Origin: Candidatus Thorarchaeota archaeon SMTZ1-45
GTDB lineage: Archaea > Asgardarchaeota > Thorarchaeia > Thorarchaeales > Thorarchaeaceae
DNA: 46,016 bases
Direction: 5' to 3'
Assembly: GCA_001563335.1 (NCBI GenBank)
Contig: LRSL01000061.1
Location: forward strand, 1 to 46,016
In this document: positions 38,341 to 46,016 of the stretch, one piece after another
How the letters are laid out: the number at the start of each line of letters is the position of its first letter
Numbering within the stretch: the first letter of the stretch is position 1
Program-made: the position numbers and the translations under genes
Notes under the pieces: generated by a model
What the model saw: only the letters and a program-made list of their open reading frames with translations
Databases searched by the model: none
What the model was told of the DNA's origin: nothing

Positions 38341-38790
38341 ATGAGTGTGTCGTCGTCTGGTTCCAACCAATGGCTTGTAGGTTATGGCACATTCATTACC
38401 AAAGGAACTTGGAAGAGATACCCATCTAGCAAAGTCTGCAAAGTTCCGGGTTTCCGTAGAGTGTATAATCCTGAAATGGCGTGGTATCCATTTGCAATAG
38501 TCGATGAGCAAGCTGAGATTCTCGCTGTCTGTTTCTTGGTCAATGACAAGCATTTAGAGCATTTTGATAGAATAGAAGGTGTAGAGTTAGGTCTGTATGA
38601 ACGAATAAAGAAAGAGGTGTTTATCAAGATGGATGATGCTTGGATAACTATAGAGGCATGGATCTATTTGCCCACCGGAGGTACAATGAGACATCCTCTT
38701 TTCCCGTGGGATGATTCAAAGGATCGATGGTTAAATGATGAGATTCGAAAGTTAGTTGAGTTGCAAGGCTGTTTCCCTGAGTTTTTCTAG
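38341..38790 (+). CDS. Gamma-glutamylcyclotransferase (GGCT/AIG2-like)
   Basis: GYGT, FDRIEG...LYER and AWIY motifs. Confidence 0.8.
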   Translation: MSVSSSGSNQWLVGYGTFITKGTWKRYPSSKVCKVPGFRRVYNPEMAWYPFAIVDEQAEILAVCFLVNDKHLEHFDRIEGVELGLYERIKKEVFIKMDDAWITIEAWIYLPTGGTMRHPLFPWDDSKDRWLNDEIRKLVELQGCFPEFF

Positions 38791-38816
38791 TCTTGTAAGT
38801 AAATTAGCTTAATGAC

Positions 38817-39794
38817 TCAAACATTCTGTGCATTCTTTTCGAGATCAAGTGCTTCTCTGAGTTTCTCAATGGATAGATTGCCGCCAGAGCAGATGAGTCC
38901 TACTTTCTTTCCTCTCAGACTATCCTTAATCTTGTAAGCTGCTGCGAGTGGTGCAGCACCAGCACCCTCGGCAAGAGTATGTGCATGTTTGATCATCCAG
39001 ACGGTGGCAATCTTGATGTCTTGTTCACTCACTAGAATAAAGTCATCCAAATGCTCTCTCAATATTCTTTGAGGAAGTTCAAATGCAGTGCCTGTCGAGA
39101 GACCCTCCACTGAGGTGCGATTAGGTCTCTCCACAAGAATCCCCTGTTTCCATGAGTCGTGAGCTGCTGGTGAAGCTTCTGATTGGACTCCAATGACCTT
39201 GATTTTGGGATTAATAGACTTGGCTACAATACATGCACCAGCGGCTCCACTTCCTCCGCCTACAGGAACAATGATTATGTCAATTTCGGGTTCATCTTGA
39301 AGCAGCTCAAGGGTTTCAGTGCCCACACCAGCTATAAGGTCTGGTTCGTCTCCTGAGTGGATATAGCGATAGCCATGTGTTTTGGCAAGTTGCTCACAGT
39401 GGATTCTTGCCTCATCGAATGTATCTCCATGAAAGATTATTTCAGCACCCAATGCCTTCATGGATGCTATTTTCCCAGGATTGGATTGTTCTGGCACAAC
39501 GATTGTTGCTTTAACCCCAAATAGTCTAGACGCATATGCGATTGACTGACCATGGTTCCCAGTCGAGGCTCCTATCACCCCACGCTTCTTCTCTTCATCA
39601 GAGAGCTGCGAAATTAAATTAATTCCTCCCCTGATTTTGAAAGCTCCTATCGGTTGGCAATTTTCATGTTTGATAAAGACTTCTGCCCCTATGAGTTCGT
39701 TAATGGATGGATAACTAAGGAGTGGTGTGGGCTTTAAATATGGGCGGATACGATCCTGAGCAGCAAGCACATCTATGTATGTTGGCATTTGCAT
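38817..39794 (-). CDS. PLP-dependent threonine/serine dehydratase (catabolic type, no ACT domain)
   Basis: KHEN.QP.GAFKIRG, STGNHG, PVGGGSG and SGGN motifs. Confidence 0.92.
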   Translation of the reverse strand: MQMPTYIDVLAAQDRIRPYLKPTPLLSYPSINELIGAEVFIKHENCQPIGAFKIRGGINLISQLSDEEKKRGVIGASTGNHGQSIAYASRLFGVKATIVVPEQSNPGKIASMKALGAEIIFHGDTFDEARIHCEQLAKTHGYRYIHSGDEPDLIAGVGTETLELLQDEPEIDIIIVPVGGGSGAAGACIVAKSINPKIKVIGVQSEASPAAHDSWKQGILVERPNRTSVEGLSTGTAFELPQRILREHLDDFILVSEQDIKIATVWMIKHAHTLAEGAGAAPLAAAYKIKDSLRGKKVGLICSGGNLSIEKLREALDLEKNAQNV

Positions 39795-39973
39795 CTACGC
39801 ATCATCTCCTATCTAGATGAATGTGTTCACAAAGACTCTAACATGTTAATGATAAGCGACTAGAGATGACTCTTTCGAAATAATGTAATGTTTTGATTCA
39901 TAGGGCTTGATATGGGTTAGTGCACTGGAGGTCTATTTACTGTTACTGGCTATATCTTAGTTTCGAGACTTGT

Positions 39974-40420
39974 TTAGTAGGTGATTACAACTTCCATCTC
40001 GTGACTGGTCACATCAGGTCTGCCCTTGACGCCAATAACACCTTTCATAACCCAAGTATTTCGAGCATTTTGGCTGCGATATGTCGGAGGAACATTTGAA
40101 GGCAGGGAGAGGCTAAAGGGAATGCTCTCGCTGTGACCATCAGTAAAGTGTCTTCCTCCAGCAACAGTAAGCTTGCCTTGGTGAAGAGTGCTGTTCTGTT
40201 CAGCGGTTACAGAAACTTGTTGCTGTCCAGTAGTCTTCTTTTCCGTGGCTCGAGTCCATTCATTGACCCGAATTTCAATACGAAGTTCATCAGCGTCGAA
40301 TTCTTCATTTGAAGAGATTTCAAACCTACCTTCCAGTGGCTCATTTAGACTGAATGTTCCCTTATCAAGAATCAATGCTAGACTTGCATTAGGCGCTTTA
40401 AGCCTACTTAGGAATCCCAT
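39974..40420 (-). CDS. Stand-alone arrestin-N/SpoOM-like beta-sandwich protein
   Basis: LEGRFEI...LRIEI..NEW...IPFSLSLPSNVPPTY...WVMKG pattern. Confidence 0.65.
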   Translation of the reverse strand: MGFLSRLKAPNASLALILDKGTFSLNEPLEGRFEISSNEEFDADELRIEIRVNEWTRATEKKTTGQQQVSVTAEQNSTLHQGKLTVAGGRHFTDGHSESIPFSLSLPSNVPPTYRSQNARNTWVMKGVIGVKGRPDVTSHEMEVVITY

Positions 40421-40615
40421 TTACTTCACCCACTTTTCTATATTGACTCCAGACATTGTCAAGAGTCACAGTTGTCTGTGTGGGATTTTATTTATCGTTT
40501 GTTTGTATTGTCTGGTATAAGCTAGTTCTAGCTCCTCCATATCCGATGTATAAATTCACACAAATCTCTATAAGAGCGCATACCTTGAGGTGCTTTTTAA
40601 CAAGGGATTGATAAT

Positions 40616-41173
40616 TTGAGTCAGACTATGTTGTTAGTAATCATTGGAGTGATTTTCCTAGCATTCCGAGTCTGGCTGGTTGAACTCAAGTTAATCAATG
40701 AGCTTCAATTTAGACGTAGATATCTCAGCCGATTTGTGAATTACTTTGCATGTTTCTCACTAATCTTTGGTCTGAGTTCTTGGTTTCTGAATTTAATTGT
40801 CATGATTGCGTTCCCAGTTCTAGTCGTCACACCTGGTTGGGATATAACATTCTATCGTCGCTTCAGAAATCGAAATTATTGGGAGAAAAACAGAAAATGG
40901 ATGCTTGTGGAACGACTCACAATGCACCCCCCGGTGATACTTTTAGGCGTTGTATTGCTAATTGTACGAGCGCGACCCTTTATTGAAGCACCCAATCTCC
41001 TATTCATTCTATTAGCAGGACTTGTACTATTATCGCCCTTCTTCATACTTGATGAACGTTGGAGGACTCGCTATAATTGGCCGCAGGCACCAACGGTAAT
41101 CGGTCTGATGCTATCATCAACATTTGCCATGATGATCGCGCAAGCACTTCTATGGGGTGTTCCATTGTGGTGA
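40616..41173 (+). CDS. Hypothetical membrane protein
   Basis: About 5-6 TM helices, translationally coupled to the next gene. Confidence 0.75.
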   Translation: MSQTMLLVIIGVIFLAFRVWLVELKLINELQFRRRYLSRFVNYFACFSLIFGLSSWFLNLIVMIAFPVLVVTPGWDITFYRRFRNRNYWEKNRKWMLVERLTMHPPVILLGVVLLIVRARPFIEAPNLLFILLAGLVLLSPFFILDERWRTRYNWPQAPTVIGLMLSSTFAMMIAQALLWGVPLW

Positions 41174-42435
41174 TTGGCGAATCTGTTGAAAGACCAGAGG
41201 TGGAGTTCCTATCTTATTTCAGAAGTTCACGCCTTCTGAAAGTAGGATTCGCATTCAACATGTTATACTACATCATAGTAGTTCTGGTATTTGTCATGTT
41301 GAACTGGAATGGGCAATTATCAACCACAGTCTATTCTTATGATTGGATTGTGTTCTATGAAGCAGGCCATATGTTCCAGATATCTCCAGGAGAGATTTAC
41401 ACTGTTAATCCAAATGGTCTGCCCTACAGATACTTCCCAGCTTTTGCCATGTTTATGTCACTCCTTCAATGGATGCCATTGGAGATTGCCTATATTCTAA
41501 ACGTATCATTAATGATGATTGTAAACTGGGCCATTCTCTGGACAGCATTTCATGTCTGCCTCTCAAGTGGACTAGCAACTCACACAAAGAACTTCGAGAA
41601 AACACTTCTTTTCGTCTATATAGCTCCGCAACACATTGTCAACATTATCCTTGGGCAAATCTCGCAAATTGTGATACTTCTTGTCCTCTCTGCTGCCCTA
41701 TTGCTTCAGAAGAGCCAAGAAGTTACGTTTAAAAAATATCTCTTGGTAGGTTTGCTGATAGGGCTGGCTTCCAATCTCAAACCCTTTATACTACTATTCA
41801 TTCCGTTTCTAGTTCCAGTGTATCGTTCGTCTAGGTTGTCATTTAAGGTTTCAATTCACTCTATACTTGGAGTAACACTAGGAGTTCTAGTTGCTCTGGT
41901 TCCGAATCTCATATATTTCGCATTCTTTCCAGAGGCAATTGGCGAGTTTATTCAGCTCAATTTTGTTGACACTCTTGATTATCATCATAGTACAAGCATT
42001 ACAAGACTGCTCAGTGCTTTAATACCAATTTTTCAGGAACCAATTTTAAAGTCTGTAGCGATGATTGTTATAGGTGGATCTCTATTAGTTATAAGCTACA
42101 GACGGTTTATAGTAACAGAAAATTCAGAGAAGAAATATGTACAATATTTTGCGGAGATGGCATTCCTACTCCTTCTTGTTTATCCTGATTCTTGGTTTCT
42201 CTTTTTGGCAATATGGTACACATTACTTGGTCCATCAATATTGATTCTCTATAAAGAGAACATATCGCAATCAAGAGAGGAGAAACTGATTGATACACTG
42301 TGGTCAGGGGCTAATAATCTTCTGGCATTCTTTACAATCGGAGTTGTTCTCCATTATCTGGTGTTAGGATTTGACCCAGTGATTCCCCTCTGGTTGGTTG
42401 TACTTTACATCTTGTACCAAAAGCTGTTGAATTAG
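41170..42435 (+). CDS. GT-C glycosyltransferase (GT87/DUF2029-like)
   Basis: YDW..FY, PYRYFP, ILGQ and NLKPF motifs, many TMs; GTG 41170 overlaps the upstream TGA. Confidence 0.75.
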   Translation: MIGESVERPEVEFLSYFRSSRLLKVGFAFNMLYYIIVVLVFVMLNWNGQLSTTVYSYDWIVFYEAGHMFQISPGEIYTVNPNGLPYRYFPAFAMFMSLLQWMPLEIAYILNVSLMMIVNWAILWTAFHVCLSSGLATHTKNFEKTLLFVYIAPQHIVNIILGQISQIVILLVLSAALLLQKSQEVTFKKYLLVGLLIGLASNLKPFILLFIPFLVPVYRSSRLSFKVSIHSILGVTLGVLVALVPNLIYFAFFPEAIGEFIQLNFVDTLDYHHSTSITRLLSALIPIFQEPILKSVAMIVIGGSLLVISYRRFIVTENSEKKYVQYFAEMAFLLLLVYPDSWFLFLAIWYTLLGPSILILYKENISQSREEKLIDTLWSGANNLLAFFTIGVVLHYLVLGFDPVIPLWLVVLYILYQKLLN

Positions 42436-42448
42436 ATTCTATCAACAG
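42424..42448. terminator. Hairpin between convergent genes
   Basis: CTGTTGA...TCAACAG spanning the GT-C stop. Confidence 0.35.
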
Positions 42449-42504
42449 TGATGGTCTCCACTATATGCTGGTGCAAGACCACCAATTATGTAATTGCAGG
42501 GAAC

Positions 42505-43707
42505 TCATATACCCCAGTATGCTTGAAGGAAATCCCAGAATCCTTTGTGTGGGAATTGCAATGCCAGGTAGACATCACCGTGCCAGAACGTATTGTGCAT
42601 AAAGGAACCATATGAGTTCGGGAAGAAGATTCCCATCCCTTCGGCTGTTTTCATAGACCAGCTAGCTCTTGAGTAGATTCCTTGCATAAGGGTGTCATAG
42701 AGAATGGCTGCATGATCGATTTCATTGTCACTCAATACCTTCACGAAAGTTGGCAGGTCTACATATCCCTCCCATCCATACTCTGACCAGCCCATATTGC
42801 CAGCCCCTCGTGCCGCCGCAACTTTTCCGTGATAATATTCTCGAGTAGCACCCTGTAAGAGCGGCTCTAGGTAATGTGCTAAATTGCTAAGCTGCTCAAC
42901 AATGAGATCCACATAGGCCATGTTGATTACACCCATCTGAACAAGTCGAGAAGCGGGCCGCATGGTTTCATAGAATGAAATGTATTCATCAACCATTATC
43001 GTTGAGAGCTCAAAGGCGCTCATCTCTGGGTTCTCAGTAAGTGCGTTCAAGAGTTGTGTATAGGGATATCCTGAGAAAGGCACATAACCTTCTGTTGCAA
43101 CAAAATAGTCAATTTGAGTCTCGGACCAAGCATATTCGTATACGACTTCAACCATTCCTTCTACACATGCATCAAACGCTAAAATATCAAGTTCAACGTC
43201 TGCTAGAGCTCCGGTAATTTCTTGGTGCGTTAGGTAGTCTTCTGGATGGTCATCCCAGCAACAACCCCTAAGGTCATCACCATGATCCCAGAGAATCAGA
43301 ACATAGTTTTCTGAACGAAACCGCTTCATTGAAAATTCAACAAAATACTCAAGCGTGTCTGGATCACCCATGTTCACTTCTTCTCCATTCAAGGAAAATC
43401 TTGGAATAATCTCAAGTTCATCCAATCCAACATAATAGAGATTAGCCACATCATCATATTTGTCCCATAGAACAACTATGTTTACATCTTTTGTAGAGCC
43501 AACTGCCTTCATGGCATCCATATTTTGGTAACCATAGAAATCTAAGTCGTTATCAGCATCTAGGTAGACCATGAAAGTCCATTCAGATCGGGAGCGTGCG
43601 GCATCTGATGACATAGGTAATACCATTGAAACGATAAGGACAGTGATTAGCAGTGGCATTATCTTCAAGTGAGGATTGGATCGCATATCTTTACGTTCTC
43701 TAATCAA
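42505..43707 (-). CDS. Clostripain-family (C11) cysteine peptidase, secreted
   Basis: WTFMVYLDADNDL, NMGDP, LWDHG and FDAC motifs; signal peptide. Confidence 0.92.
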   Translation of the reverse strand: MIRERKDMRSNPHLKIMPLLITVLIVSMVLPMSSDAARSRSEWTFMVYLDADNDLDFYGYQNMDAMKAVGSTKDVNIVVLWDKYDDVANLYYVGLDELEIIPRFSLNGEEVNMGDPDTLEYFVEFSMKRFRSENYVLILWDHGDDLRGCCWDDHPEDYLTHQEITGALADVELDILAFDACVEGMVEVVYEYAWSETQIDYFVATEGYVPFSGYPYTQLLNALTENPEMSAFELSTIMVDEYISFYETMRPASRLVQMGVINMAYVDLIVEQLSNLAHYLEPLLQGATREYYHGKVAAARGAGNMGWSEYGWEGYVDLPTFVKVLSDNEIDHAAILYDTLMQGIYSRASWSMKTAEGMGIFFPNSYGSFMHNTFWHGDVYLALQFPHKGFWDFLQAYWGI

Positions 43708-43828
43708 CTCTCTCCTACTCCAGTTATGCGATATGAAGTGACCATATCTATAGGTGTCCTTGGATATATTGCTTATGTCTTAGGAAACCGTGTCGACGAC
43801 TACAATGTGCTCTGATAAGGAGTGTTTT

Positions 43829-44170
43829 TCATAAGCCTCTAAAAAGTCTAATTTTCTCAACTAGTTCTATGGCTTTTTCATCTCCATGTTTTGCACGATA
43901 AGTCAAAACACCAATACGTACAACAGCATTCCTCTGACCAACCGGGTTATCGGGATCAAAATGTGTCGCTGATATCTTACAGGGAAAATCGCTACAGAGT
44001 CCGCAATGTGAAATGTTCTTCTCAAAAGCGCACTTGAATAGTCTACACTCTCCCCACCACGGGGTACCTTTGGTCTGCACACATCCGGTACAAGCATGGT
44101 TGTCCTTTCCTTGGTAGCTGGGACAGTCGTCGCAATAAGCCCCACACGCGTTTAGATCTGTTATCTTCAT
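43829..44170 (-). CDS. DUF3795 Cys-rich protein
   Basis: ACGAYCDDC, CTGC and C..EK.I.HCGLCSDFPC motifs. Confidence 0.85.
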   Translation of the reverse strand: MKITDLNACGAYCDDCPSYQGKDNHACTGCVQTKGTPWWGECRLFKCAFEKNISHCGLCSDFPCKISATHFDPDNPVGQRNAVVRIGVLTYRAKHGDEKAIELVEKIRLFRGL

Positions 44171-44318
44171 GATACCAGAAACATCAACATACCTCCTGAT
44201 AACAATTTCAATTGCAAAATGAGAGGTGTTTCATTATTGTGGCGTTTCTCATTCTTTCATGGAGAGAAAAACCCTATATCTATTTGTAACAAGTTATACT
44301 TGACAGTGAGAGTGATGC

Positions 44319-44942
44319 ATGTCGGTGAGTGAGAGGTCTGGTAAAATATTTGTAGAGTCAGAATACCTGACTCGATGTGAGTGGTGTGGGACTCCTTACA
44401 GTCCAGGGTGGGTGGGGACAGAGTCTGGAAGGATATACTGCAGTACAGAATGCCAATCTGCTGAACACACAGAGTATAGAAAAGCGGGTGGTGTCTTTGT
44501 CATGGTGCTTGGATTAGTCATGATCTTGAGTTCCATCTTTGCAGGAATTTCTAGCTATGGAGCAGTAAATGTGGTATCTCTTGAGTTGCTAGCTTATGGC
44601 GCAATGATATTGCTATTAGGTTTTTGTATCTTGGCTCAGGCAATTGAAGGACAAGGTTACAAAGACAGGAAAGATAAGTATCGAGACGCCCAACTTCTGG
44701 TGTGTGAGTATTGCAATCATATCTGTGCTCCAGGTGTTGTGGACTGTGATAATTGTGGAGCAACTCTTGTTGATGCACAGTTTGCTAAAGACCCATGGCC
44801 AGAGTGGTTTGTGCCACCAAAACCCAAGAAAAAATTTGGACCATGTAGAAACTGCGGTACATCATTCAAATATCCTGTAACCAGTGCTGATGGCAAAGAT
44901 AGATGTCCGAGATGCGGAAAAACAGTGTTCGAGAGAGAATGA
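44319..44942 (+). CDS. Multi-zinc-finger membrane protein (paralog 1)
   Basis: CxxC..YCSxxC, two TMs, then four CxxC pairs. Confidence 0.8.
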   Translation: MSVSERSGKIFVESEYLTRCEWCGTPYSPGWVGTESGRIYCSTECQSAEHTEYRKAGGVFVMVLGLVMILSSIFAGISSYGAVNVVSLELLAYGAMILLLGFCILAQAIEGQGYKDRKDKYRDAQLLVCEYCNHICAPGVVDCDNCGATLVDAQFAKDPWPEWFVPPKPKKKFGPCRNCGTSFKYPVTSADGKDRCPRCGKTVFERE

Positions 44943-45070
44943 TCGTGTATTTTAAAGGAAGAAAGAGTCAATCTCCGTTTCAGAAGCCTTCTCTGCCTTT
45001 TGAAAGAGGCATAATTAGGGAGATAAACCCTAAATCTCTTTGATGCCTATTATACGTGAATGTGAGTTAG

Positions 45071-45658
45071 ATGAGCGCTGCGACTGAGAAGTTTGATAGA
45101 GTACTAGTAAGGTCGGACTTCCTGGCTAGATGCAAATGGTGTGGAACTCCTCATAGTCCAGATTGGGTTAAATCAGAATACGGTGATTTGTATTGTAGCC
45201 GTGAATGCCAATCCGCAGCAGGTGCAGGTTGGAGACGTCAGGGAGGTGCTCTGGGCACGTTGATTGGAGCTGTCTTGCTTCTTTTGCCCAATCCTGCGTC
45301 TATATTGATTGGACTTAATCTCTTACCTGTGAGCTTATGTATCTTAATACAAGGGGTTTTAGGAAGAAGGTATGTCAACAGGAAAGACAGGTATAGGAAT
45401 GCAGAACTTCTAGTGTGTGAATACTGCAATCACATCAATACACCAGGCGTTGTTGTCTGTGATAATTGCGGAGCCACTCTTACAGGTGCAGATTTTTCCT
45501 CAGATTCATGGCCTGAGTGGTTCGTACTACCTCCTAAGGTGAATTCCAGTAGAAGAAGAAAGTATGGAACCTGTGGAAACTGTGGGAGACCATTCAATTA
45601 CCCTGCTCTTAGTGCAGATGGTAAGGATAGATGCCCGAAATGTGGAAGTCTAGTTTAG
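45071..45658 (+). CDS. Multi-zinc-finger membrane protein (paralog 2)
   Basis: Shares LLVCEYCNHI..PGVV.CDNCGATL, WPEWFV and SADGKDRCP with paralog 1. Confidence 0.8.
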   Translation: MSAATEKFDRVLVRSDFLARCKWCGTPHSPDWVKSEYGDLYCSRECQSAAGAGWRRQGGALGTLIGAVLLLLPNPASILIGLNLLPVSLCILIQGVLGRRYVNRKDRYRNAELLVCEYCNHINTPGVVVCDNCGATLTGADFSSDSWPEWFVLPPKVNSSRRRKYGTCGNCGRPFNYPALSADGKDRCPKCGSLV

Positions 45659-45879
45659 TAGAAAGTACGAGTAATTGATTCCTGAGCATCTTTGGGGAGG
45701 CATGTTTCTTGACACCTCCAATATGCATTTTCCAATCAACATTTTCGAAAGAGATATTGATTCTCATTCAATGCTTATGCAACAGGAGAATCAATGCGAG
45801 TGTAGCTAATCATGAATAAACAAGTAGCTACTGTATGAAGTCTTTTATGAGCTTGAGCCATCAGACCTTGGGGTTCTTC

Positions 45880-46016
45880 ATGCGGTCGTATCGGAAAGTA
45901 CCAACCTTAAGATTGACAACAGATGATAGCATCAGTGAAGATGATTTCGTTGCCATTGAAACAGCATTAGAAGTGAGATTGAATAAGGAGTTCATTGCAG
46001 CTTTTGTCTGCAGCCC
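45880..46016 (+). CDS. fdhD: Formate dehydrogenase accessory sulfurtransferase, N-terminus (runs off window)
   Basis: Manual translation MRSYRKVPTLRL...DDFVAIETALEVRLNKEFIAAFVCSP matches the FdhD DxVAxExPLxIxLN...CTP pattern. Confidence 0.7.
   Translation, partial: MRSYRKVPTLRLTTDDSISEDDFVAIETALEVRLNKEFIAAFVCS

Noticed and set aside
420-45429. Numerous 60-140 aa ORFs overlapping assigned genes
   Set aside because: Antisense or alternative-frame shadows of well-supported CDSs.

Overview
Gene-dense, roughly 40% GC window that looks archaeal and most likely Asgard (Thorarchaeia-like). This is inferred from an archaeal DpsL/Fur pair, GGTGA/GGAG-type RBSs, many TTG/GTG starts, Thr-rich C-terminally anchored secreted proteins and a stand-alone arrestin-N-like protein. 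It holds about 50 CDSs arranged as short, functionally unrelated 1-4-gene modules: glycosyl transfer/GH130/phosphohexomutase, CWH43-like EEP, dps-fur, a PD-(D/E)xK nuclease, two radical-SAM enzymes plus TetR, aldolase, glnA, hydrolases, an ABC-2 exporter, TetR pairs, SDR, threonine dehydratase, GT-C, clostripain, Zn-finger paralogs and a partial fdhD. I found no rRNA, tRNA, CRISPR array, transposase or integrase. The main unexplained signal is a degenerate 100-115 bp intergenic element with about 14 recognisable and about 5 weak copies. All copies I found are on the + strand regardless of flanking gene orientation, and there is roughly one per module boundary between 9.4 and 23.6 kb. It carries a conserved bulged stem and a terminal hairpin, and is a candidate novel cassette-recombination site or structured RNA. 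Also notable are two in-frame radical-SAM ORFs (Gms/Gmm-like by my recollection of the motifs) separated by a single TGA. All alignments were done by eye.
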